Positions 1 to 12,766 of a stretch of 64,000 bases of DNA are shown one piece after another. Position 1 is the stretch's first letter; each line of letters begins with the position of its first letter. Origin of the DNA: Vicugna vicugna (Eukaryota); NCBI GenBank assembly GCA_013265495.1, contig MU061579.1:420872-484871 (forward strand), in the 5' to 3' direction. The notes below the pieces were generated by a model, which had not been told where the DNA came from, did no database searches, and worked only from the letters and a program-made list of their open reading frames with translations. The position numbers were made by a program, and so were the translations under genes.

Positions 1-404
1 TGCCAGGCCCCCATTTTTATTATTAGAAAAATGAGGTTTGGACAGAGAGCTGAGACAGAAGCATTACTTTCTAGGCAGACTTTTTTTGTGTGGTGTAACA
101 GCTTATACGTGAGTTTATAAAAGTGCCAACAGCCGAACGCCAGTGACAGACAAAAATAATCAGTTCAGGGGATGAGTCCAGAACACCTACTCATCTCTAC
201 GTGAGCATTCCAATTCACGCATTACGGTCATTTCCTCTTGGCAGCTGCTGTAGTCTGTACTTCAATGGTTAGAATTTTCTAGAAATGGAACTTTTTTTAC
301 TCTTTGGAGTGAGATGTGAAGAGCATCTAGACACAAAGTTTAAGGTAGTACCATCTGTGGATGTGGCATTTATACCTTCTAATTTCCATAATTATTTCTT
401 TATA

Positions 405-990
405 CTGGAAAAATGTAAGAGAATGATGTTTCCATATCTTGCTATTGTAGATAATGCCACAATGCATACAGGAGTGCATATATCTTTTCTAATGATTTTT
501 CCCCCACATTCTTTGGATAAATACCCAGAAGTGGGATAGCTGGATCATATGGTAGTTCTTTTTTTCATTTTTTTGAGGAACCGCCATACTGTTTTCCACA
601 GTGACTGCATCAATTTACATCCCCACCAACAGGGCACAAGAGTCTCCTTATCTCCACATTCTGTCTGACACTTATTATTTCTTCTTTTCTCATAATAGCC
701 ATTCTGTCTGATGTGAGATGATATCTCTTTTTGGTTTTGACTTGTATTTCTGTAATAATTAATGATGTTAAACATCTTTTCAAGTGCCTGTTGGCCATTA
801 GTATGTCTTCTTTAGAAAATTGTCTATTCAGCTCCACTGCCCATCTTTTAATCAGGTTGTTTTTCTTTTTTTGAGTTAAATGATTTCTTTATATATTTTA
901 TATGTTAGCCTCTTAGTAGATATATAATCTGTTAATATAGTTTCCCATTTGGTAGCTTGTCTTTTCATTTTGTGGATGGTTTCCTTTGAG
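405..990 (-). mobile_element. L1 ORF2 C-terminal fragment (older eutherian L1)
   Basis: Minus-strand ORFs 545-775 and 610-837 give L1 ORF2 C-terminal motifs ([46 protein letters not shown]), broken by frameshifts. Confidence 0.9.
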
Positions 991-1049
991 CACAACATCT
1001 TGAAAGCCATAAAGCAGATAGGTCAGTGGCAACTGACTTTGTACAAAGA

Positions 1050-2540
1050 GATTTCATAAGAGGGCAGAAAGGAAGCCCAGAAGCAAGACAATTACAATCA
1101 TACAACCACAGAAAGTGTGGGAGCTGGGAACTCCGCTTAACTCAGAAATTGGTGGTGCAAATGGAGCTAAAAAGAGGATTATTTTTTAGTACTTGAGAAA
1201 TAAATATTAGGTGCTCTCAAACCTTCCCCAAGCACCTTAATGACTCCTTGACCAGAACACTAAGGCTATTCACTGGCAACTTTGAACTAGTTATACTTTT
1301 TTTAGGAGACCTGGCCTATTTGAGGATGAGAATATCATAAATAAACTCAGGGAAATAATCGAAATCTCTGTATTGAATAATGAGATCTCCCTCAACTGCT
1401 TTTCCTGCTGCAAGATCCCTTCCAGGCAGGGAGTGGGTGAATTCTTTCTGGTGAAATTCCCAGCTCCAAATAAAATACTAATACATAGTGAAGCTTAATG
1501 CGCAGCCAGAAATAAAATCATCCAGCTTTCTCTGCATTGAAGTATACCAGTTAACAAACTACAAATGCATACAAAGGCTCCAATTATGCATTTTATTTCC
1601 TACCTCTTTAATGTGAGTTGATAGCCAGAAATCAAAGATATTGGGCAAAGGGAAATAAAACAGACTACTGAATTTTTAAAAACTGCATATTAAAACAAAC
1701 AGTTGTAACCATTAGCATGCCATAGTGCCCTGGATAAACCAAAAAAGAAAGAAAAAACATTCTTAGAAAAGATATCAGAGGAAAGAGAGACAATAGAGAA
1801 AGAAGAAAATTAAAAAGCAACTTCTCAGTACAGTCTTCAGATAGATAAGAGAGGCTATTAAGACCACAAAAGAGGAAAAGAAATAAAACAAATCAAAACA
1901 CACTCAAACATAAAAACCCCTGCAGGGACCTAAACAGATCTTGGACACACAAAATAGGAAAAAAATTGTTACAACAGTTAAAAGATAATAATAAAAGCTA
2001 CTGATTTCTCCCAGAAGTTAAAAACAACACAGACAAAAAGGAAGTTAGGGAAGCAAAAATAAGATACTTAGAGGATTAGTCCAGAAACCCTGATACCTTA
2101 ATGATAGACATTAAGAAATATGACGGAGGAGAGAAAACTGATTTGAATAAATTATAAAATAATGTAATTTCTATGATTGAATGTCATAAGATGATAAATG
2201 ACCCAAAATGCATCCAGCCTAATAGATGATAAAAGATCTTCCCCAAGGTCCACAAAACTTCCTCCTTTACATTTGTGGATAGGTAGATGAACACTTAGAA
2301 AAATCTAGTTGTTAGCATTGGATTTCTCAATCACACTGTAATCTGAAAGTCAATGGAATTCTCCTTCAGTTCAGATAATCTCAAACCATAAATTTTCTAG
2401 CCAGGCAAGCTATTAATAAAAACACTCTCATATGTATTAGTTCTCAGTGCTTTTGTTTCTCAGGTACTCTTTCTTAGGAAGATACAGCATGGTCATCTCC
2501 TTCCCCCGGTGAAGGCTAAACTGGGAAAACAAGAAGTGAC
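1050..2540 (+). mobile_element. Ancient HAL1/L1M-type ORF1 region, highly decayed
   Basis: A-rich plus strand with remnants such as ttagaggattagtccag, gcattggatttctcaatcacactg, aaattttctagccaggcaagctatt and ttcttaggaagatac, resembling HAL1/L1ME ORF1 consensus. Boundaries approximate. Confidence 0.55.
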
Positions 2541-2769
2541 ACTTAAGAAAGAGAATTTGTAACATATAGAAATTTCCAGCTTTATAGAAGTGTAGTATTG
2601 ACTGAAAATATCAAAAAATAATTAATTTGATTTATTTTAAATGAATATAATTGATTGATTTTTAATTAATTAAAAAATACTATTTAGTGACATTATGTTA
2701 CAACTGTCAACAGGTAAGTAAAAGTGTTGAAAATACTGTAGTATTAGCTAAATGTACTAAAATTCTTAG

Positions 2770-2935
2770 CTTATTAGGTGCCAGGTACTGTGTCAAATTC
2801 TACATATATATCATCTCATTTTTAACACTCACAGCCATTCTCTGAGATAAATATAGTTATGTCTACTTCGTAAGCTAGTAAATTGAGGTTTAGTGAAGTT
2901 GGTCAACTTTTCCACTGTTTAAACATCTTCCAAGC
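2770..2935 (-). mobile_element. MIR SINE
   Basis: gtgccaggtactgtg...atctcattt...tcacagccattctctgagat...aattgaggtttagtgaagtt matches the reverse MIR core. Confidence 0.7.
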
Positions 2936-3654
2936 CCCAGAACTGACATTCAAGTCATGCTCAGCCTTAATGCAAGTCAAATATGAATTGATAATTAGTT
3001 CTTCCTAAAATTTAGCTTTATCTTGACCATGAATCTCCTACCTTGGTCCAAGGTCTCATAATGCTGCAACATAACCAACTAGCAAATCCATCCTTAGAAA
3101 TAAAAAAGGGAGAACAAGAAAAGTACTGACAAAAGTAACAACTTACTATTTTATAGTTTTGTTAGACTAAATTCAGTCATTTAAAATCACATGCAACCCA
3201 GCCTCTGCTCTTTTATATCATAAACAAGTAACATGCGTCAACAAAAACAAATACGATTTTTTAGACCTCCTTTCCTGCTAGCGTTTTGACCATCATCTGA
3301 AAGCATAACAATCATTGCTTTTCAAGTTAATTGTTCATAAGTGCACTTTGTGGCATGCCTTATGACATAAATAATTAGCTGTGCTAATTATGTTTCTTTT
3401 TTTCTCAACTAGTGTAGGAAAAGCACCGTAATGTATTGGATGCCATTAAATTAGACTACTTAACTCAAAACAGGAAAAAAAATGTGTTTTAAGCTGTTTT
3501 ACCCGTAAAATTGCTACACTTCAAGGAGGCCAGCTATACTATGAAGTCATCGTCCTAGCAAGAAGGTCAAAGACACACATGCTGTCCCAGCTGTTGTGTA
3601 TTCTACTAGCATGATTCCAGTTTAGTATTGAAAGCTATTCAACATGATAATAAA

Positions 3655-3880
3655 GCTGACTCTTACATAGAGCAAGGATGTGCCAGGAATAGTTTCAAGT
3701 GCTTTCAATTCAAAGGCTTACTCATTTTAATCTCACAGCAGCTCTATGTGATAGGTATATTATTCATATTCTCCCAGATGAGGACACTAAGGCACAAAAG
3801 GAATAAACAACTCCACTAAGGCTGCCCAGATGGTGAGTGGTCAGAGCTAGGGTTCACACCTCGCCACGCTGGCTCCAGAG
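3655..3880 (-). mobile_element. MIR SINE
   Basis: tgtgccagg...ttaatctcacagcagctctatgtgataggt...cagatgaggacactaaggcac...gtcagagctagggttcacacc. Confidence 0.8.
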
Positions 3881-3944
3881 TTTGTGGTCCCAGGAAAAAA
3901 TGGGAAATTGTGAAATAGTTTCTACATTCATATTTTGGTACCAT

Positions 3945-4100
3945 GTCTGTAAACTGAGTAACCTGAATAAAATACTTTGACTCTCTGGTCCTCATTTCCT
4001 CATCTGTAAAATTGGGATAATCATGATAATCAAAAAACTGAATGACAGAATATATGTGAGCAATTTGCAAACTCTGAAACCATATATAAAATACTATTTA
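3945..4100 (+). mobile_element. MIR SINE
   Basis: ctttgactctctggtcctcatttcctcatctgtaaaattgggataat is the MIR core. Confidence 0.75.
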
Positions 4101-5928
4101 CTATTCAAGGAAGCAAATTCACATGACTGACGTTTTTCGAGACCCAGGTGACCGACTAAACTATAGACTGGTAGAAGCAGCAGAAACATGTTTATAACTT
4201 CTGACCCCTGTAATTCTACAGAGCTGAACCTAAGACTCCTTTTAAATTAGGGACAATTGGATGACAGTGCGCACTGCAGTGGGGAATGCAGAGTGCGGTA
4301 AGACACATCAATCAGCTCACCTATGAGCAACAGAAATTGAGAACTTGGAGAGTCAATGAGCTTTTTAGGTTTAATAGGACAAATGTAATTAACTGAATAG
4401 TAAGTCTTCTTTCCCACAGGACTGCAGTGGAAATTGGCCTTTGACAGAATAACATAATTCAGTCAATAATCACATTGAAGTGGTGAGTATAATTCAAAAA
4501 ATGAAGGCTGCAGTGAGATGTATCAGAGAATGTATTCTCCTGAAGACTGACTCATTTTCTTGGCCTGAGCATTATTAAGTAATTTTTTTTATAATTTACA
4601 AAATTCTTCAACTTGGGAATTACAGATTTTTGAAGGTCTTAGGTAGGCATAAGCCTCATAATGAAATACAACGTTTTCAAGGTCAGGAAGGAAATCTGTG
4701 CTCCAGGATGACCCACTCCCAAGCTGTATTTTAAATCAAAGAAAAAAATGAAATAGCAAATGTAACTTGAATAAAGAGTTAGGACTTTTAATCACTGAAA
4801 ACTCAAATTTTACTTAGTTAATTAGCAGCTGGCACATCAAATGATATATGATGCCAATAGTACAAAACAGAACATTAAAAAATAACTTATGAGTAGGTAG
4901 GAAAAGCTTTTTAAGTAAATAAAGAACAGTGAAATTCTGCAATTGGATTGTGGTTCAAAACATGTCAATTTAATCTAGCTTCAGCAGAAAATTATGTCAA
5001 TTATTCAAGAATGATAATCATCAGTGGACATTTCTTGTATTTCCACGACTAAAGCCTCCAACTGGCAATTAAACGAAGAGGAAAGAATTAATGTGAAATG
5101 TAATATTTCACTACTGGCTCAATATTTGTTGAGTTCAAGGTCCATAAATAAGAAAATCTATTTCTTATAACTTTTTAACTTTGCAAACTTGATTTGTTGC
5201 TCTTTATGTACATGATTGAAATTCTTAGCAATTAAGAACATTAAAAAGAAAAAAAAAACTTTGTTAGGTACAAAGTCAAAGATAATCTGAATTCCTTAAG
5301 ATCTTGTGTATTCTGGTCTTGCCAGCCTTTCATCCACAAGGCAATGCTGCATATGCAAAAATTGGAAAGAAAAATAAAAGGTAAAAAAGCAGATGGGAAA
5401 GCAACTAGGTTGTGCTAAACTAGGCATTTGGGGGAAGCTAGCAGCCGTAGGTGGACCAAAAACTACAGAAAAAAACAAAAGGCCAACTGACAGAAATCAT
5501 GCCCCTAGAACATATGGCACCTGCCTTCATAGTTGAAACAAAGAAAAATTGAAGACAGAACCTTAATGTTCTGGGAATTACTGAGAGCAGAGCCATGGCG
5601 TCGAGTCTCATTTGCCCTTTTTAAATAGGGGTATTACTTCACAAAGTCTTTCTATAACATTTTCAAAAAGCTCTGAAAACACTGCATTCTTGAAGATGCA
5701 ACCCAGTTTTTAAGTGAACTTAATTTGGTTGTGTGAAAATATGAAATTATTTTTCCTGGTATTTCTTTGGTTAACAGTCTTTGCATCCTAATTTCTTGCC
5801 ACTGTTTGGCCAGTCAGAGCTTCTGTAGGAGTTTTAGTTATTTAAAATGAAACAAGAACCAAACATTGACTCAAGTTAAGAGTTCCAGTCACACACACAC
5901 TCACTTATTCCTTTTCTTAGTCTATTGC

Positions 5929-5947
5929 TGTGTGTGTGTGTGTGTGT
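5929..5947. repeat. (TG)n microsatellite
   Basis: Direct reading. Confidence 0.9.
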
Positions 5948-6449
5948 TTGTGAGTGATGGTGATGGATGGATGCTGCTATATATTCTTTCTCCCCTTTTC
6001 TGTCTCAGTCATCTAAGGGTAGGAGAGAATTCGGAGGTTCCCTTATGTACCTGACTGCTGATGTTACATCCTTTTTTGGCTGTTGCTTCTATTTTAGTGG
6101 ACACTAAATGATCATCAATGTCATCTGCATGTCAAATATCAAACGGTGGCTCTCTGGTGGGGAGCATTTTTAGTTCTTTAGAGCCTGGCAGGGAAGTACA
6201 CTCTTCAGTCATCTTAAGTAGCTTGACCTGCTCCAAACACAGTTGCTCTAGGATCACCTCCAACCTCATTTCAGTGCTGGTTTTCATAGGGTGAGCTAAT
6301 ACCCGGATATCTAGCCTGCCCAACTTCCCTACTCTTCAATTTAATAGTGCAAAGTACATGCACATTTTCAAGCCAGTCATGAAGATGCTAGCTCTGTTTT
6401 GTAGATAACAACCTATTGGCTATGGTAAGAGGTATGTCTAGAATAATAT

Positions 6450-7330
6450 TCATAGAATACAACATTTTTATTACTGAAGGCAAAAAAAGAAATGAAATAT
6501 ATAGATTAGAAAGTTACAGATGATTAAGGAAAACATAAATGGTAATAAAAATAAAGTGGGACGTAAATAAATAGATTTTTTAAAGTAAGATTATCATAAT
6601 ATCCAAAACCCTTCTTTGAAAAAAAATGCATGTAAATTAGATTAATGTAATCAAACAAAACAGAAAACAAGGCCTCAAACAAATGCACATTGGCATTAAA
6701 ATAATTATAATAAACTGATTAACATAATATCATGCTAATAAATTTGAAATTCAAATGATATATGATTTTTAAGGTAACATTTATTTCAAAATTTAATTTC
6801 CAAGATTATTTGTCAAAAATAAGCAATCTGTTAATAATTTTTACATGAAAAATGTCAACTTTCTATACAGTGATCAAAATGAGAAAAATTTCCAGCATTT
6901 TTTATGTTTTCATGATACTGATATTGATCCCTGACAGAGCACAACAGACAAAAAAATCTGAAACACAAGAAATCTCATTTTACTTTACATTTAAAGTGTG
7001 ATGTAAATCCTAAGTTATACTTCACAAAATAGAGGAATTAAAATAATACACAAAAGAATGATACATTCTGATCTATTAGGGTTAATTCAAACAAGTTCAT
7101 GTGATGAATAATATACTTCCATATAGTTATAATTCAAGGAAGGAAAAAAATCACCCAGAAATAGACAAAAAATAATTATTAAATTCAATTTCTATTTTTA
7201 TTTAAAGCAGTCTAATGACAAACAATCCATATAAAACAAAACAAAAAAATCATCAGTAATAATAAAAAAAAATTGCCTACCTTTTCTACTAACCTATACA
7301 TAAATTCTGAAATTACTGTAAGTTAAAAAT
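6450..7330 (+). mobile_element. Highly decayed L1 (L1ME-like) ORF2 fragments
   Basis: A-rich, with remnants such as aaaagaatgatacattctgatctattagggttaattc and aaattcaatttctattttt. Confidence 0.45.
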
Positions 7331-7429
7331 ATAATTATGCAAGAAAAACTTCAAGAAAACAAAGCTGATTTTCCACTTTGTCCCATATATTATATTTCTG
7401 ATGCTTCTTTTTACAGTAAAAGTCCTAAA

Positions 7430-8770
7430 ACTAGTCATTTGCACTTGATGCTGTCAATTCCTCTTTTCCCGTGCTTCTTTAATTCCATTTCAGTTAGGAT
7501 TTTGATCCAACCAGTACGCTGAAATTGCTTTCTTCAAAGTCACCAGTAACCTTTCAGTTGCTAAATGTATATAATGTTCAATCATAAAGTAGGGCGTAGA
7601 TCAAACAGGCAGCCATTCTCTTCTTGGTTTACCCTACCACGTGGCTTTCAGGACCTCATGCACTTTTGGTTTGTGTTCTGTCTCACTGGCCGCTGCTTCT
7701 CAATTTGTTTACTACCTTCTAAACTTTTCCAAACCTCCCAACATTGGGGAACTCCTGAGTTCAGTCCTCAGGACTCAACTTATTTCTATCTGCTAATACT
7801 CCCTTTGTGAACTTCTCTAGCTGCATGTCATTAAATATACCTGTCTGCCCACAAATCTGGAGTTTCTGTCTCCAGCTCAGATTTTTTGCTGACCTTCAGA
7901 TACTTACCTCTAACTGCTTACTTGACACTTGCTTGCCATCTCCAGATAGAATTAGCAGACTTAGATCTCAATGTTTCTCCATTCCACTCAAAGGTAGTCT
8001 TCTCATCTGAAGTGACGGCGACTCCATAATTCTAGTTGCATAGGCGAAACACCTTGAAGTCATTCTTGGCTCTGTATTCAATCCATCATGGAAATCTATC
8101 GATTCTTTCAAATTTTAGTATGTCTAGGAACTGACCACTGCTCATAACCTCCATTGCTTATACTTCTACCCATCATTAATTTTCATTTGGCTTAGGGCAA
8201 TAATTTTCTAATAGATATGCTTCTCACTGTAATTGACCCCATTCTCTATAATTTGCTCTCTAAACAGCAGCCAGAGTTAATATCATGAATGAAACTCAAA
8301 TCATAGCCCTCCTCTGCTCTAAACTCTTTAATACAGGGGCAGGAGAGAAGGAGGCACCAACTGTTGGGTGTGAGACAAGCTCAAGTGTGTACTGTACAAC
8401 ACAGGGAATATAGCCAACATTTTGTAACAACTGCAAATGGAAAGTAACCTTTAAAATTGTATTAAAATTTAAAATTAAAAAAAAAAACTCTCTGTAATGT
8501 TCTCCACTTCACTCAGAGTCAACATCTTAAAAGACATAAATGCCCTACATGATTCGTTTGCTCTTTTTCCTCTCTCTGGTTGTCTGATATCATTTCATTA
8601 TCCTTCACTGGATTCCAGCCACATCAATCCCTTTCACGTTCCTTAGTAACACCAGGCATATTCCAACACACTTCCTGCTGCCTGGAAATATCCTATTTTG
8701 GATAATTCCTTCAATCGTTTCATGCCTTTGTTCAAGTCTTATTTTATTTATTTTCACATTGTTGTGCCAC
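7430..8770 (+). mobile_element. L2 LINE fragment, interrupted by an L1 3' end
   Basis: caaagtcaccagtaacctttcagttgctaaa; aaaccttgaagtcattcttggctct; cagcagccagagttaat; ctgctgcctggaaa are L2 ORF/3' motifs. Confidence 0.8.
8336..8487 (+). mobile_element. 5'-truncated L1 3' end nested in L2
   Basis: gtactgtacaacacagggaatatagccaacattttgtaacaactgcaaatgga plus poly(A); imperfect TSD aaactct(t/ctg)taat on both sides. Confidence 0.85.
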
Positions 8771-8809
8771 TTATCAATGTATTTCCTTTCAACTGCAAAT
8801 TCACCCTTC

Positions 8810-9260
8810 ATAGCTGTATGTGAGAATATGGGGGTGAGCTCTTTAAATGCTTTCTCTTTGTCAGCTGGCACATGCTAACCATTGTCAGCAGAGGGCACTG
8901 GAGAGCATTACAGGAGAAAGGTTTTCCTTCCTACATCCAGTATGCCACGGGGCTCCTACAGCACAAGGGACTGTTCCAGAATTTGGCTCCTATAGCATAG
9001 GTGGCTTCCTCCAGCACCTGGTTTCTATAGCATGGTAATTTTCTCCAGCACCTGGAATCCTATGAGCACTATGGTTAGCCCAGCAGCATCCAGGAACTCC
9101 TTCTAATAGCCCCCCTCAGGAAATTGTGTTTGTGAACACCTTTCCCCAAAACCCTAAGTGGTACATTCCAGTAAGTCCCACGGCCACAGCACCTCAGTGA
9201 TCTCTCTGCTATTCAGTGCATCACAGCCATGTGTTCTCAAACAATGTTTGAATTGCCATT
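8810..9260. mobile_element. Old LTR-like element (LTR41-like ERVL, tentative)
   Basis: GC-richer block with repeated ctccagcacctgg and tgtcagcagagggcactggag, inside AT-rich flanks; family assignment from memory only. Confidence 0.45.
8885..8898 (+). promoter_or_regulatory. CTCF core motif
   Basis: TCAGCAGAGGGCAC matches CCASYAGRKGGCRS at 13/14 positions. Confidence 0.5.
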
Positions 9261-11430
9261 TTACTTTGTATATTATACATTTATGGGTGTTTTCAGACTA
9301 ATTACAATTTAAAAATAACAATATTATTAAATATTTTAAATTATAGCCATGACATATTTCTGTATATCTTTTCATGTGCTTAAATTTACTTATTTATTTG
9401 CATCACGTAAGTGCAGCACTTTCATTATGCTCACAACTGCTCTATGATCAGCCATCCTATGTATACGGGACAACACATGAAAATTTGAAATTCACAATTT
9501 CGCGAAAGCTCTGAAAAGTCTGGGATTTTTTTATAGTTTATTGTTTTGTTCACCAATTTAGCAATTGAACATTTAGCAACATGACCAGATATAAATTTAG
9601 CAAGGACAATGCATTATTTTTCAATAGATTAAATAGGAAATCAAATAAGTAGAATAAATATATTTTTAAATGCTATAACATTGAAAAAAAATGAAATTCT
9701 AGCAATCTTGGGAAATGAAATTAGAGAGAGAGAGAGAGAGTCACAGAGAGGCAGACACAGAAAATTAGGCTATGGAGACAGATTACCCTGAGCATCCCCT
9801 CTGCTTTCTATTATTCTTCAGACAGTTCTTTCAGAAAGCAATGGCCCAGAGCTGAAAACTAGATTTTTGCTATTGTGATCAAAACCCAGTTGTCTGATAC
9901 TGCCAATGTCTTCTGTGCTAGAAACACATTTAAATGATAATAAAGCAGCAGTACGGAAGATGTTCCAGCTCATATTCATTTGACAATGAGAAAGTATAGT
10001 ATGCTTTGATTGTAATTGCTGTCAGACATTGAAATGGTTCTCCTACACGTGTTTATTCTGAATTTATTTTCTCTATAACTTATAATGATGTCACTAGCCA
10101 GTCAGCAACCAGGAAACAACAGGAAACATGTTAGGTAAATTGGAAATTTTTCATGTTGGAAATGCTAGATCTAAAAATACAGTTATGCCACAAGCTGATT
10201 TATAGGGGTGCTTTTGGTTATTTACTGCGTTATCATGAAATAACTCTGTTGTATTTTTGTGATTTACCAAGTGCTTTATGTAAAATTCTGGGTGGTGATT
10301 TGGCACAGCTCTCTAAACAGTTTCTCTCCTCTCTGCGGCTCGTGATGCCGACACTGATTTATGATGTCAGAATGAAGATGACAAGCTTCCATATAAAACA
10401 GATCGTTTGTGGGTAGGAATCCAGCTATGGTAGCCATGCTAGACACTGATGGGTTCTCACTGAGGAGCTAAAATGCCAACAGGCACAGCCAGAGACTGCC
10501 TGTAAAATCACTGGTCTCCACAGCTGTCAAACTCCCATCCAATCTGCCACGAGCCAAGACCACTTCTAAAGCTCACTGAACTTCCCATTCATCTTGAGAA
10601 GAGCTCTAGCCAAATTTGGAAGAAAGAAATAGGCCTATGATAGCCAATAAAGCAGTTTAGTATTCTCTTTTTTTTCTCCTTTTTATCCATGCAGTCTAAA
10701 TGTTCATACAGGTAGATTTCCTAGGTTTGAAAGAGCAAGGTTATTTGATGTTATATCTTCTATTCAGTATTTGAAGGAATACATTTGGTAAATTGAGTTA
10801 GTTGTCCCACCAGCGTACCTAGCAAACATCTACAATTTTGTTTATTATAATGGTAATCTTAAGTGGACAGTCAGTCAGCAAGTATCCAGTGAATGTGACC
10901 AATCCAGGCAGGCAATGGCCTGTGGCTCATTGAAACCTGACTAATGATTGATAATAATGCTATTGTCAAGTTGGCTGTGTGACATTAGTTATCTATCATT
11001 ATGTTTGCCCAAATGAAGGCACTGATGCCGTTTTAGATCTACTTATTTTTGCATCTTTAAAACATGACCAACATTAATCAATTTGCATAATTCAATTAAA
11101 ATTTTTGAATGATAATAATTGTGAAGTTACCTCGGTTTGGGGTTTGTTTAAAAAGCCAATGAATCAACAAGTAAATTTTGAGAATCATTTCATTTGATAC
11201 TCTGGTAACCAGCATTTTGATCTGTATCAACTTGTACACTATAAGTAGTAATATTTTTGTGACCCATGCATCTTAGAAAATAAATGTACCCTGCAGCTTG
11301 ACTTGGCCAGAAGACCCAGTCAGAATGAATCTTGAAGTTATCCTAGCTGTGTGTTTTCAGATATAGGTTAACTTATCTTGTTACAAAATTTTATAGCAAA
11401 TCTACCATCAATCAAGAAATCAGAGAGAAA

Positions 11431-11439
11431 CAAGATGGC
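11431..11439 (+). promoter_or_regulatory. YY1-type motif at L1 5' end (internal promoter)
   Basis: CAAGATGGC 8 nt inside the element, the usual position in mammalian L1s. Confidence 0.7.
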
Positions 11440-12420
11440 AGAGTAGAAGGACGCTTGTAGCTCACCCTCTCCCACAAATACACTAAAACTCACATCTACA
11501 GACCTACTCAGCCAACCAGAGCACCTGCCGAACTCTGACAGAACACTGCCTCCTTCGAAAGACAAAGACGCCGAAAATCTGGTAGGAGAAAAGGAAAAAA
11601 AGAAGAAAAAGCAAAATAGTGCGGGACCAGTCCTGCAGGGAGGGAGTGGTGAAGGAGAACTGGCGCTCGTTCACTGGGTCTCCCGTCTCCAATGGACAGG
11701 CCAGTGGGGCAGAGGGGGAGACTCTGAGGCTCAGATCTTCCCTGAGCACCCCTTGACCAACAGAACTGAGTTAAACAGGCACAAAGGGTCCCCGCGACAC
11801 GCAGCCCGAGACGTAAGCTGGCAGCTGGAGCTGGGACAGGCCGCCTGAGCCGGGTGGAGGACTGAGGCAGCTGCACTGAGGTAGCCCTGGGGGACTGCAG
11901 GGTGCTGCGTGCCGTGGCTGGGAGGAGATACGGAGCAGAACCACCTAGGTCCCCCATAAATTGCGATAAAAGCAAAGCAATACGGCTGGTGTGCCCTGGG
12001 GAGAAGGGCGCCGTAGCCTTTGTCTCCTCAGACCGGCACCACCATTACTGATGCTTCTTGTGAGAAGAGAAGCGGGGTGCAGCCACAGCCACCATCTCCT
12101 CCTGTGTGCAGCACCCAGGCCGGGGCGGGACTGAGACCTGAATCTGTACTCGGGGCTCTGCAACCTCCTAGGCAGGACTGAGACTTGTTTACAGCCCGAG
12201 GTAGATGGGATCTTTCTGCCCTGGCACCTCAGAGAACTCACACCACCAAAACAAACAAGGAGCTGAGTTTTGGCATGGAGCAGGGGCAGGGCTGGTCCAA
12301 GGTCTTCCCCAAGCCCACCTTCTGAGCTCCGACCCAAGGCGGAGCAGGCAGCTGCATAGAGCAGCGGAGCGACCTGCTCCAGGAGAGGGCAGGCAGCCAC
12401 CTTCCTTACTGGCAGGAACG

Positions 12421-12595
12421 CATCACCTGACCAAGTTGCTGGGAGGGGGCATGATCCACCCAGCTGCCTCCCCCAAGCACAGCATCTGATTGTGGCATCG
12501 GGAGGGGGAGTGACCCACCTGCCCACCGGGTAAGAGCTCAGCACTTGACCCAGTGTTGGAAGGGGGCGTGATCTGCTAGCCGACAGCCACTGGGA
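12421..12595 (+). repeat. Three degenerate ~59-bp tandem units in the L1 5' UTR
   Basis: Units start at 12421, 12480 and 12539 (ca.ca..tga...gg.aggggg..tga.c). Confidence 0.7.
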
Positions 12596-12766
12596 GCAGC
12601 ACAGATGAGGGCGCCAACAGAGGGCCTCTGGAAACAGCAAGCTGAGTTCGCAAAACAGGGCGAAGACACAAAGACCTCTCAATAAAATCATTAAGAGCAC
12701 ACTGTCTCCAGGAGAACTGAATAACTGATATTCCTTAAGCCACAGTGCCAGAGAGATAAGAGCAGT

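Noticed and set aside
10270..10620. Possible decayed MaLR-like LTR; likewise 25405-26030
   Set aside because: Too diverged to assign a family or boundaries by eye.
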